The position numbers and the translations under genes are program-made. Below, piece after piece: positions 26,713-39,400 of a DNA stretch of 64,000 bases; position 1 is the first letter of the stretch; each line of letters starts with the position of its first letter. The DNA lies in the NCBI GenBank assembly GCA_964016885.1, contig OZ024744.1:60884001-60948000 (forward strand), given 5' to 3'. Origin of the DNA: Eledone cirrhosa. Taxonomy: Eukaryota. A model generated the notes under the pieces. The model saw only the letters and a program-made list of their open reading frames with translations, made no database searches and was not told the DNA's origin.

Positions 26713-27264
26713 ACATGTAACCCGTATGGCCCCGGAAGTGTTTTGAGCAAACCGCATTAGGCGATCTAGCGATCTCTTTCTCTTTCTCTTTCTCTTAGTC
26801 TTTCTCTTTTTAGATAGATACATAGATATGACGTTGCGCCTTCATAATATCTGTCTGTATGCCTGGCTGTCTGCATTACGACATTATGACGCGATCAGTG
26901 TGTGTGTGTATATATGTATATATAGTGTGTGTGTATATATATATTCTTATGCCAGGGAATGTCTTCATGAACCAAAGTATCATTTTCCTGTTTTCCTTCG
27001 GTTGCAACTTTTTTTGAAATATTTACTGCTGCGTTCACAGATTGATTTTTTTAGTTTCAGAAGATCCCATTAAGGGTGAAAGCAGCGATTCATTTTCTGC
27101 GTTCACAGATTGATATTTTTTAGTTTCAGAAGATCCCATTAAGGGTGAAAGCAGCGATTCATTTTCTGCGTTCACAGATTGATATTTTTTAGTTTCAGAA
27201 GATCCCGTTAAGTGTGAAAGCAGTGATTCTTTGCTTAAACTTTAATCTGTTATTTTAATACATG

Positions 27265-27307
<43 letters not shown>

Positions 27308-28359
27308 AACATGGGGAGAAGAATACTGGTTGCATGGTTGCACATGGATTACATATTATAAAATTAGTCCCTCATCAGTGATTTGCCAACCATCATTGGT
27401 ATTTCATCGCATTAAAAATTAGATACCTCAGGTTGGTGCGAGCAATAACTAAAATAAGCTATTGGGACAAGTGAAACGCGTAAAGCGAGTGAGACAAGTA
27501 AACAACAGAAGGAAAAGCAAACCGAAGGTTGTGAAAACAGCAAGCCACATGATAGTTATCCGATCAGCATAAGCTGGGTGAATTTCATGAGCGGTGAGAG
27601 AAGCAGACCGTACGCCGTGAATGCGGTGTGAGAAAGAAGGAACCCCACTACTAGCGAACGGGAGGAAGTGAGAAGGGGAGAAACAGAGAGTGAGTGAGTG
27701 GAAGTGCGAGGAAGAGGTCAGTCGAGAGAAAAAGTGTTAACTGACAGAGGGGACGAAAGAAGGTAAGAGAAACAGAGAGAACGGGGGAGCAGTAAGAGAG
27801 AAAGAGAGAAACAGATAATCGCAGTTTAGGTAAATATATATGAAAAACAAGGGGAGAAGAATACTGCATGGTTGCACATGGATTACATATTATAAAATTA
27901 GTCCCTCATCACTGATTTGCCAACCATCATTGGTATTTCATCGCATTAAAAATCAGATACCTCAGGTTGGTGCGAGCAATAACTAAAATAAGCTATTGGG
28001 ACAAGTGAAACGCATAAAGCGAGTGAGACAAGTAAACAACAGAAGGAAAAGCAAACCGAAGGTGGGGAAAACAGCAAGCCACATGATAGTTATCCGATCA
28101 GCATAATCTGGGTGAATTTCATGAGCGGTCAGAGAAGCAGACCGTACGCCGTGAATGCGGTGTGAGAAAGAAGGAACCCCACTACTAGCGATATATATAT
28201 ATATATATAATTATATATTCATGTACAGATATTTTTGCATACACAATAACAAAATATAAACAAACGTAATTATTTAACGCGGCTCGATAAGAATAAATAT
28301 ATATCAAATATATAAGAACCCTAGAGCAAATCCCGACAACGCCGGGCCATTCTGCTAGT
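26713..28359 (+). mobile_element. Helitron copy (inverse of 17352-18180), 5'-truncated, with a nested insertion
   Basis: Reverse-complement match to the 17-18 kb element; ends cccgacaacgccgggccattctgCTAGt; ~69-bp internal tandem units at 27030-27230. Confidence 0.85.
27302..28190. mobile_element. Insertion with ~350-bp direct terminal repeats (27302-27656 / 27840-28190) in a TA tract
   Basis: Both repeats run from tgaaaaaca.ggggagaagaatac to cccactactagcga; absent from the sister Helitron near 17510. Confidence 0.8.
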
Positions 28360-28510
28360 TATATCTAAAATGCAACAAGACTTTGTATTCAACCTATTAG
28401 ATATCCTCTGATAAGGGTTAAAAAGCTTTTAAAAAAATCAATTACGGTTATTTTATCAGTCTTTCAATCTACAAAAAATTATGTTTGCATGTCTATACAC
28501 TTGAAGGGAA

Positions 28511-29618
28511 GCGAAGTTAGTGGTTCATGTTGGGGTCACTAACTGAAGCAAAGTTAGTGGTTCATGTTGGGGTCAGCAATTGAAGTGAAGTTAGTGGTTC
28601 ATGTTGGGGTCACTAACTGAAGCAAAGTTAGTGGTTCATGTTGGGGTCAGCAATTGAAGTGAAGTTAGTGGTTCATGTTGGGGTCACTAATTGAAGCAAA
28701 GTTAGTGGTTCATGTTGGGGTCAGCAATTGAAGTGAAGTTAGTGGTTCATGTTGGGGTCACTAACTGAAGCAAAGTTAGTGGTTCATGTTGGGGTCAGCA
28801 ATTGAAGTGAAGTTAGTGGTTCATGTTGGGGTCACTAACTGAAGCAAAGTTAGTGGTTCATGTTGGGGTCAGCAATTGAAGTGAAGTTAGTGGTTCATGT
28901 TGGGGTCACTAATTGAAGTGAAGTTAGTGGTTCATGTTGGGGTCACTAATTGAAGTGAAGTTAGTGGTTCATGTTGGGGTCACTAATTGAAGCAAAGTTA
29001 GTGGTTCATGTTGGGGTCAGCAATTGAAGCAAAGTTAGTGGTTCATGTTGGGGTCACTAATTGAAGCAAAGTTAGTGGTTCATGTTGGGGTCAGCAATTG
29101 AAGCAAAGTTAGTGGTTCATGTTGGGGTCACTAATTGAAGCAAAGTTAGTGGTTCATGTTGGGGTCAGCAATTGAAGTGAAGTTAGTGGTTCATGTTGGG
29201 GTCAGCAATTGAAGCAAAGTTAGTGGTTCATGTTGGGGTCACTAATTGAAGCAAAGTTTGTGGTTCATGTTGGGGTCACTAATTGAAGCAAAGTTAGTGG
29301 TTCATGTTGGGGTCACTAATTGAAGTGAAGTTAGTGGTTCATGTTGGGGTCACTAATTGAAGCAAAGTTAGTGGTTCATGTTGGGGTCACTAATTGAAGT
29401 GAAGTTAGTGGTTCATGTTGGGGTCACTAATTGAAGTGAAGTTAGTGGTTCATGTTGGGGTCAGCAATTGAAGTGAAGCAAAGTTAGTGGTTCATGTTGG
29501 GGTCAGAAATTGAAGTGAAGCAAAGTTAGTGGTTCATGTTGGGGTCAGCAATTGAAGTGAAGCAAAGTTAGTGGTTCATGTTGGGGTCAGCAATTGAAGT
29601 GAAGCAAAGTTAGTGGTT
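28511..29618. repeat. 37-bp minisatellite, about 29 units, inverse of 16807-17200; last units are 42 bp
   Basis: Unit aagttagtggttcatgttggggtca(gc/ct)aattgaag(tg/ca). Confidence 0.97.
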
Positions 29619-31620
29619 GTTGAAGAAAGATGAGAAATAAATCAAATACAATAATTTTGGTTACAGATATAACTTTCTAAAGGAAAAAGAATATATTTAT
29701 TATGCTACGTTTGATTACAAAGTGACAAGTTGTTTCAGGATGTATATACCACCATAGGTAGCAGTAAGCTTGTAGAGCAAAGGGGCTGTGTGATTCTCTG
29801 TGTGTAATTGAAATGTTGATGGAAAAATTGCTGTTGAGGGGGCCCTTGTTTGACAGGGCTCTATTGTTTTGCTAAGTGCTACATCTTGCCACTTGTTTGA
29901 GCAGGTCGAAGTGATGCTTCTCTTTCAAGGAACCAGAATCGAACGAGAGATAGAAGAACTTACTTTGCTTTCACCTCAAGCTGACCAGCCACTCCAGACA
30001 AACTGATGTCAATTCAGACAACAGAGGAATGGCAGCTAGATGTTATTTCTGGGTCAGTTTGTGAAGAGATTTTGCTACATTAGTTTCCTGCCAAGATTGA
30101 TGCAGGAGCAACGATCGATAACAAAAGAGGTACCAAAATTTGATTGCAAGTGTATGTCCCGAACTATGTGAAATCGAAGTGGTTGACTGTGTGAGTCTAT
30201 GTGGCAGTGAATCGCTTAGAGTAGCTGAACAGCCTATATTCCACAGTGAGTCGGGAATAGAATCTGAAGCTAGTTTTGCTGTAAAAAGCAGTGGCAGGTT
30301 TGTGCATAATATGCTGCTACACCTATCTCGAGGTGGTTATGCTGAAAAGCTTATTCCGTTACAACAGGACCAGTTCAGTAAGAAAAGATAAGAAAAAAAT
30401 CTTGTGAATTCCACATAAATTGAGGACATAGTTCCTGTGCTCAGTGTGCAGAGAAATTTCAGAAAATTCATGCATGTGTGTAAACATTTAAATTGGGCTG
30501 TTAGTATATGGAGTTGTGATCAACTCTATGTATTTTAAGTTGACAGAGGTGGTGAAATGCCAGACTTGAAAAGAAAGAAATATGTGAAATTGAGATTTCA
30601 GTTGGCTTTAGTTATATGGAGCTGTGAGTCGCTCTTCATATATTGAAAAAAACCAATGTGCATTCTGCAGTGAGTCAGAAATGTGTGACTAGATTGACAC
30701 TAAGCTATGAGTAATTATATTGCAATTGCAAGCAATGAATGCATCTATTCATTTATTTAAATTTGCAAGCCTCTTTGAGTCTATGCGTGTTGCATATCCT
30801 TACATGAATCAAGTTTGTGTGTGTGCATATGCATGCAAACATTTAATACAGGTTGTGTCCAAAAATGCAAAATATGAATGTGCATGCAGACATATAATAC
30901 AGTAAAGTCAACATTCATATAGGAAATAGAGATGCAGAAATAATTGTTCTAAACAATTAAGAGTTCAGTTTTTTTGTGTGCGTCAGTGCTTTCCTTTTTT
31001 TTCATTTTTGCATTTTCGGTGTGAATATGTTATAGTCTCCTGTTTGAAAGCTGGCACTGTTGTCTGTTATTGTTGTGAATGAAGATGATGAAGCAATTTC
31101 TCAGGTGTGTAGCGTGTTTGCAGTAATTTGTCTTTGAAGCAAAGTTTTTGTAAATAGTGTGTTGAAGCTAAATTCTGTATTTGGTTCATGTGTTCATAGT
31201 CACCAATTGAAGTGTTAAAGTGAAGTTTTATGAATAGTTTTTGTGTTCGTGGTCACCAATTGAAGTGTTGAAGCAAAGTTTTTGTAAATAGTTTGAAGTG
31301 AAGCTTTCTTAAAAAGTGAGAAGCCTGCTAAATACTTTGTAGCTAGTGGTTATTAATTGAAGAGAAATTATTGTAAATCTTTTGATCACGTTTGGGTCAC
31401 CAGATGAAGTGAAGTGAAGTTAGTGGTTCATGTTGGGGTCAGCAATTGAAGTGAAGCAAAGTTAGTGGTTGTTGTTGAAGAAAGATGATAAACAAATCAA
31501 ATACAATAATTTTGGTTAGAGATATAACTTTACTTCACTTCTTTCTAAAGGAAAAAGAATATGTTTATTATGCTATGTTTGATTACAAAGGGACAAATTG
31601 TTTCAGGATGTATATACCAC
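29570..31620. repeat. ~200-bp direct repeat pair (29570-29750 / 31410-31620)
   Basis: gttgaagaaagatga..aatcaaatacaataattttggtta..ttgtttcaggatgtatataccac occurs twice. Confidence 0.85.
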
Positions 31621-33409
31621 GATTTTATTAAGGCTGAACAGTGAGTGTTGTTACTCTAGAGTTTCGCCTGTTTATCACAGTGTCATCATCTTGTCTGATG
31701 ACCCTGTTTATTACAGTGTCATCTTGTTTGATGACCCTGTGATAAACAGGTATTTGATGCATTGTGGAATATTTTAAATGAGTAAGTTTTGGAAACTAAA
31801 TTGGATTGGCAAGGTTGCGAGTTTGATTCCCGGACCAGGCGAAGCTTTATGTACTTGTTAATCCACTTTATATCATGCTGCTCTTTCTGCCAGGAGTTGA
31901 AACTGGTAGATAGTATCAGAATGGAAAGACCAATGGAAATATTGTTTCCAAACTCATATGATGAGTTCCACCCCACTTAGTGAGTCAGGTGTGGCATCTT
32001 GTCAATGCAATATAAATGGGGCTGCCAATAATGAAATAACAAGGCCAAATAAAGAAGAAGAGACATGCAAATGAATAGTAAAAGAGAAGGAAACGGGAGA
32101 AAAGAGTGCAGAGGGCAGGTGTAAAGTTGTGGTAACTATATGTCTGTTTGCTGGTATGAGAGAGAGAGTATTGGATAGCTATAAAGATGGGCAAAGGGAG
32201 TGATAGCTGGCAGCACAGAAAGAGTGATGGTAGGGTGTATTGGGTGTATTGGGTGTATTAGGTTTGAGCAGATCTAGTGACTCACTCTTGTATTCTCAGT
32301 TATCCACACTAGCTCACTCAGATACTCATGAGACTTAACTTTGTGTCAATACAGAGTGGAGAATGAATGTTAAGAAAACAATGGAATTGATGAAATTTGA
32401 ACAGACACTAGTAAAAGACAAAGACAAGTCAAAATGTAAGAATCGTGTTTATTATTAGACATACACAAAGTGTTTATATATATATATGCGTGTGTGTGTG
32501 ATACCATAAAGCCACCGTTATCATCATCACTCACCATATGTGGGTGTATATACATATATATCATCATTATTATTATCATCATCAATGATGATGATGATAT
32601 ATGTCTATATACATATCATCATCATCATCATCATTTTACATCATTTTTTTTTATGCAGGAATGAATTGGATGAGTTGTCATGGTCTGAGACTAGATACAT
32701 CAGCTGACCACGTCATGCACATATGTTGCATGTTGGCATGGTTTCTAAGGCTGGATGTTTATCTTAATGTCACCAACTTCACATCATGTACTGAGTATTT
32801 TATCATAACACCAGAACTACCATTTTACAGCGTGAGCTGGTTGCATTTTGGCACTAACACCACCAATACCAATGCTGTCACCATCGTCATTGCCCCAATG
32901 ATGATGATGATGATGATGATGATCATCATCATCATCATCATCACCATCATCATCACCATCATCATCACCATCATCACCCCAAATTTAACATCTATTTCTC
33001 CATGCTTACATGGGTTAGATGGTTTTGTCCAGTTATGAGACGAGTCAGATCAGGTAACCATGTCTTTCTCATACAGATCTGTATTTGGGCTAGGTTTCTA
33101 CAGCTGGATGCCCTCCTAATGATACCAACTACATTATAGTATGGACTAGATACTTTTTATTGTGGCACCAAAGGAACCATCTAACAGAGTGGATTGGGTG
33201 CATTTTCGTCATGTCACCAATATGACCACCTTACAGAACTGACTGGGTGCTTTTGTTATTGTGGCAATGACATTGTGGGTTGCATCATGTTAAGCCCAAG
33301 TGGCACACTAGCTCAAACTAGACTCTGGGAACGCTTGTATGAGATAACACAAAAACTTCTACACAGAGCCCCCCAAAATTTGAGTGTCTAACTAGGATAG
33401 TACATAAAA

Positions 33410-33838
33410 AAATAATTGTTTCTACTTTAGGCACAAGGCCAGCAATTACCCAGTGCATTACTGGTACTTTATTTTATCGACCCCGTAAGGATGAAAGGCA
33501 AAGTCAACCTCGGCGGGATTTGAACTCAGATTGTAAAGGGACGTATCTATGCTGCAAAGCATGGCGTCCGACCCTCTACCGATACTGCCAATCCACCGCC
33601 ATATGTGCATAAAAAAATAATGATTTCTATTGAGGCACAAGGCCAACAATTTAGGGAGAGGGAAAGCCCATTATATCGACCCCAGTGTGTGACTGGTACT
33701 TTATTTTCTCGACCCCTTAAGGATGAAAGGCAAAGCTAACTTTGGTGGGATTTGAACTCAAAACATAAAGGTGATGTAACTCTATGCTGCTAAGCATGGT
33801 GTCCGACACTCTACTGATTCTGCCAATCCACCACCCAG
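33410..33838 (-). mobile_element. Two tandem copies of the second SINE family
   Basis: ctggtactttattttatcgacccc..aggatgaaaggcaaag..gggatttgaactca occurs twice. Confidence 0.85.
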
Positions 33839-34281
33839 TACATAAAAAATAATAAGAAAAGTTTTAAGGTTGGGAACAGGACAGGAGATAATACAGATAA
33901 GTTGTGAAAATGGTAATACTGGAAGGAGGGAAATATAAAAAGACTTTGGTAAAAATAAATTAAAGATAGTGGAGAGCAGACAAACATGTCTCGTCTCTTA
34001 CGAAGCTGGATGGTGAAAGAAAGAATAGGAGGCAGTGGAAATAATAAGAGATTGTAGGTGAGCATAAGAGAGAGAGAGAGATAGATAGAGAGAGAGAGAA
34101 GTGGGGGATGAAAGAAAAAGAGTTGTTGCACAAATAAGTAAACATAGTAGTTTATCAAAGAGGGGGTGTGTGGAGCATTACTGCAGGAAATAATACCAAA
34201 GTTGCACAGGAAAATGAAACTCGGGAGATGAATGAACAAATGCATATATCTTCATCATCAGCCACACACACACATATATAT

Positions 34282-34632
34282 ACGGTAAAGTGGTCGTGTA
34301 GGTGTCACAGCAAAAAGTACCCAACACACACTGTAAAGTGGTTGTATAGGTGTCATGACAAAAAGTACCCAGTCCTCACTGTAAAGTGGTTGTATAGGTG
34401 TCATGACAAAAAGTACCCAGTCCTCACTGTAAAGTGGTTGTGTAGGTGTCATGACAAAAAAGTACCCAGTCCTCACTGTAAAGTGGTTGTGTAGGTGTCA
34501 TGACAAAAAGTACCCAGCACACAATATAAAGTGGTTGTGTGGGTGTCACAACAAAAAGTACCCAGCACACACTAGCGTGGAGAATGGACATTAAACGGTG
34601 ATGAAGCTGATGATGAGGATGATGATGATGAT
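34282..34632 (+). mobile_element. RTE 3'UTR fragment with six 48-bp tandem units
   Basis: gtaaagtggttgt.taggtgtcatgacaaaaagtacccag at 48-bp period; (GAT)n end. Confidence 0.82.
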
Positions 34633-34872
34633 ATATTAGGGATGCACTGATAAGCATTTTGGTAAATTACTGATTACCAATTAATCAGCCTTGCTATATC
34701 AGCTGATACCAATTGTCTATCAAGTATTGTAATATGAAAATGCATATTATAATTAATTGTAAATGATACATTGCATTATTTCATAATTAATCACCATTAT
34801 GGAGCTAGTATTTAAGAGCTCCGGTTGACAAAATTAGGCTGATTTTATGAAAGGAAGTAATATAAATATATA

Positions 34873-35372
34873 CAGCTGCATAAAAAGGTGCAGAGCACTA
34901 GAAGTCGATGGAAACCGCGGAGTGGGGAGACCCAAGATGACCTGGAATGAGGTGATAAAAGCCGACCTTACCCAATTACACCTCTCAAAGGCGATGACAC
35001 ACGACCGTGACCTCTGGCGTCACGCAGTATTACAGAGTACCCGACCTCCCATGGGTACAAGCTGAAGCATATAGACAATATGCCCCCCCCCCCCCCCCCC
35101 CCCACCGCAAGGTGGTCGTGGAGGAGCCACAGCAAAAAAGCACCCAGCCCACACTGTAAAGTGGGCGTGTAGGCGCGACGAAAAAGCACCCAGCACTCAC
35201 TGTAAATGAGGTTGGTGTTAGGAAGGACATCCAGCTGTAGAAATCAAGCCAAATCAGTTCCTGTATGAGCAAGGCATGGTCAGCCGACCAGACACTGCCC
35301 ACAACAGGACAACCCGTCTAACCCATGCTAGCATGGAAGAACAGATGTAAAACGGTGATGATGATGATGATG
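34873..35372 (+). mobile_element. RTE LINE 3' fragment
   Basis: SCIKRCRALEVDGNRGVGRPKMTWNEVIKADL followed by 3'UTR and (GAT)n. Confidence 0.9.
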
Positions 35373-35657
35373 AACCCTGCAAGAAGTTGGCTATGCTTTG
35401 AAAATAGAAACATTTTGATGTTTTTATTTAGGGGGGAGGGAATAATAATTTAACCCTTTAGCATTTAAACCAACCGTATCCGACCAGAATTCTCTCACTT
35501 CTTTCTGTTCAAACCACCCATAACCGGCTGCTCATACTTATGTTAAGGTATTGTTATCAAAATAAATAATATCAAAATCTCATAGATTCGATATTATGTA
35601 AGATAAAGCTTTTATCATGAAAATACAACAGTATATATAGATTAAATTTGATCTTAA

Positions 35658-35841
35658 ATAATTGTTTCTACTTTTGGCACAAGGCCAGCAATTATTCCAG
35701 TACATTACTGGTACTTTATTTTATCGACCTCGTAAGGATGAAAGGCAAAGTTAAAATTGGAGGGATTTGAACTCAGAATGGCAAGGGCCGTAACTCTATG
35801 CGTCAAAGCATGGCGTCCGACCCTCTACCGATACTGCCAAT
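35658..35841 (-). mobile_element. Second SINE family copy
   Basis: Matches 33410-33600. Confidence 0.82.
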
Positions 35842-36450
35842 ATTTTGTGCAAGTTAAGATAAAAACAATCATCATTACAGAAAATATTTTGAAGATCTTT
35901 AAATAAATATATAATCAGAATCTAAATAAATATGTAAAGAGAATCTTTATCATTTTAAAATGTATTCCTTTTTAAAAGATCAATTATACACATATCCTCT
36001 CAGGCTGGTAGGAGGCTCTCTTTTGTACTTTGACGTCACCAACAGGGAGTTACACTCCAAGTAATTTCCAGTTGTATAACTTTGATAACTTTGATAGGTT
36101 TTGGCCAGTATTAGTCCAGGCCATGTCAGCATGTTTGAGTACTAGGAACAGAGTTGTATTACACTGGTGGGCATAGATTATATATTTTTTAATGCATTTC
36201 TACATGTTGAATCCAATGTGTTTTTCAAATTTTTCTGTTACCCATGCTTCTAAACAATAATGGCAGATTGTCAAAACTAATTAACTGGGAAACCTCAATG
36301 CTGATTAATCAGCAAATTGGGTGATACTGATTATCTGCTAATGAAACACTAATATATATTCGTAAAATAATGGGAAAAACTCAGTGCATGGAAGCTGTTG
36401 AAATAGCAAAATGCCATCAATGACGGCGTCGGGTAAAATTTACCTCAACG

Positions 36451-39400
36451 GATAGAAATGAGTGACTAGAAGTGTGTTGGCCTGAAATGTGATAGAAATC
36501 AGTGACAAGAAGTGTGTTGGCCTGAAATGTGATAGAAATCAGTGACTAGAAGTGTGTTGGCCTGCAAATGTGATAGAAATCTGTGACTAGAAGTGTGATG
36601 GCCTGCAAATGTGATAGAAATCAGTGACTAGAAGTGTGATGTCCTGCAAATGTAATAGAAATCTGTGACTAGAAGTGTGATGGCCTGCAAATGTGATAGA
36701 AATCAGTGACTAGAAGTATGATGGCCTGCAAATGTGATAGAAATCAGTGACTAGAAGTGTGATGGCCTGCAAATGTGATAGAAATCAGTGACTAGAAGTG
36801 TGATGGCCTGCAAATGTGATAGAAATGAGTGACTAGAAGTGTGTTGGCCTGAAATGTGATAGAAATCAGTGACAAGAAGTGTTTGGCCTGCAAATGTGAT
36901 AGAAATCAGTGACTAGAAGTGTGTTGGCCTGCAAATGTGATAGAAATGAGTGACTAGAAGTGTGATGGCCTGCAAATGTGATAGAAATCAGTGACTAGAA
37001 GTGTGTTGGCCTGCAAATGTGATAGAAATCAGTGACTAGAAGTGTGTTGGCCTGAAAATGTGATAGAAATCAGTGACTAGAAGTGTGATGGCCTGCAAAT
37101 GTGATAGAAATCAGTGATTAGAAGTGTGTTGGCCTGCAAATGTGATAGAAATGGGTGACTAGAAGTGTGTTGGCCTGAAAATGTGATAGAAATCAGTGAC
37201 TAGAAGTGTGATGGCCTGCAAATGTGATAGAAATCAGTGACTAGAAGTGTGTTGGCCTGCAAATGTGATAGAAATCAGTGATGAGAAGTGTGTTGGCCTG
37301 CAAATGTGATAGAAATCAGTGATTAGAAGTATGATGGCCTAAAAATGTGATAGAAATCAGTGACTAGAAGTGTGTTGGCCTGCAAATGTGATAGAAATGA
37401 GTGACTAGAAGTGTGTTGGCCTGCAAATGTGATAGAAATCAGTGACTAGAAGTGTGTTGGCCTGCAAATGTGATAGAAATCAGTGACTAGAAGTATGATG
37501 GCCTGCAAATGTGATAGAAATCAGTGACTAGAAGTTTGATGGCCTGCAAATGTGATAGAAATCAGTGACTAGAAGTGTGTTGGCCTGCAAATGTGATAGA
37601 AATCAGTGACTAGAAGTATGATGGCCTGCAAATGTGATAGAAATCAGTGACTAGAAGTGTGATGGCCTGCAAATGTGATAGAAATCAGTGACTAGAAGTG
37701 TGATGGCCTGCAAATGTGATAGAAATCAGTGACTAGAAGTGTGTTGGCCTGCAAATGTGATAGAAATCAGTGACTAGAAGTATGATGGCCTGCAAATGTG
37801 ATAGAAATCAGTGACTAGAAGTGTGTTGGCCTGCAAATGTGATAGAAATCAGTGACTAGAAGTGTGATGGCCTGCAAATGTGATAGAAATCAGTGACTAG
37901 AAGTATGATGGCCTGCAAATGTGATAGAAATGAGTGACTAGAAGTGTGTTGGTCTGCAAATGTGATAGAAATCAGTGACTAGAAGTGTGTTGGCCTGCAA
38001 ATGTGATAGAAATCAGTGATTAGAAGTGTGTTGGCCTGCAAATGTGATAGAAATCAGTGACTAGAAGTATGATGGCCTGCAAATGTGATAGAAATCAGTG
38101 ACTAGAAGTGTGTTGGCCTGCAAAGGTGATAGAAATCAGTGATTAGAAGTGTGTTGGCCTGCAAATGTGATAGAAATCAGTGACTAGAAGTGTGATGGCC
38201 TGCAAATGTGATAGAAATGAGTGACTAGAAGTGTGTTGGCCTGCAAATGTGATAGAAATCTGTGACTAGAAGTGTGATGGCCTGCAAATGTGATAGAAAT
38301 CAGTGACTAGAAGTGTGATGGCCTGCAAATGTAATAGAAATCTGTGACTAGAAGTGTGATGGCCTGCAAATGTGATAGAAATCAGTGACTAGAAGTATGA
38401 TGGCCTGCAAATGTGATAGAAATCAGTGACTAGAAGTGTGATGGCCTGCAAATGTGATAGAAATCAGTGACTAGAAGTGTGATGGCCTGCAAATGTGATA
38501 GAAATGAGTGACTAGAAGTGTGTTGGCCTGAAATGTGATAGAAATCAGTGACAAGAAGTGTTTGGCCTGCAAATGTGATAGAAATCAGTGACTAGAAGTG
38601 TGTTGGCCTGCAAATGTGATAGAAATGAGTGACTAGAAGTGTGATGGCCTGCAAATGTGATAGAAATCAGTGACTAGAAGTGTGTTGGCCTGAAAATGTG
38701 ATAGAAATCAGTGACTAGAAGTGTGATGGCCTGCAAATGTGATAGAAATCAGTGACTAGAAGTGTGTTAGCCTGCAAATGTGATAGAAATCAGTGATTAG
38801 AAGTGTGTTGGCCTGCAAATGTGATAGAAATCAGTGATTAGAAGTATGATGGCCTAAAAATGTGATAGAAATCAGTGACTAGAAGTGTGTTGGCCTGCAA
38901 ATGTGATAGAAATCAGTGACTAGAAGTGTGTTGGCCTGCAAATGTGATAGAAATCAGTGACTAGAAGTATGATGGCCTGCAAATGTGATAGAAATCAGTG
39001 ACTAGAAGTGTGTTGGCCTGCAAATGTGATAGAAATCAGTGACTAGAAGTGTGATGGCCTGCAAATGTGATAGAAATCAGTGACTAGAAGTGTGTTGGCC
39101 TGAAATGTGATAGAAATCAGTGACAAGAAGTGTTTGGCCTGCAAATGTGATAGAAATCAGTGACTAGAAGTGTGTTGGCCTGCAAATGTGATAGAAATGA
39201 GTGACTAGAAGTGTGATGGCCTGCAAATGTGATAGAAATCAGTGACTAGAAGTGTGTTGGCCTGAAAATGTGATAGAAATCAGTGACTAGAAGTGTGATG
39301 GCCTGCAAATGTGATAGAAATCAGTGACTAGAAGTGTGTTGGCCTGCAAATGTGATAGAAATCAGTGACTAGAAGTGTGTTAGCCTGCAAATGTGATAGA

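Noticed and set aside
28511-29618. 37-bp array as CRISPR or repeat-protein exon
   Set aside because: No spacers, period not divisible by three, no ORF
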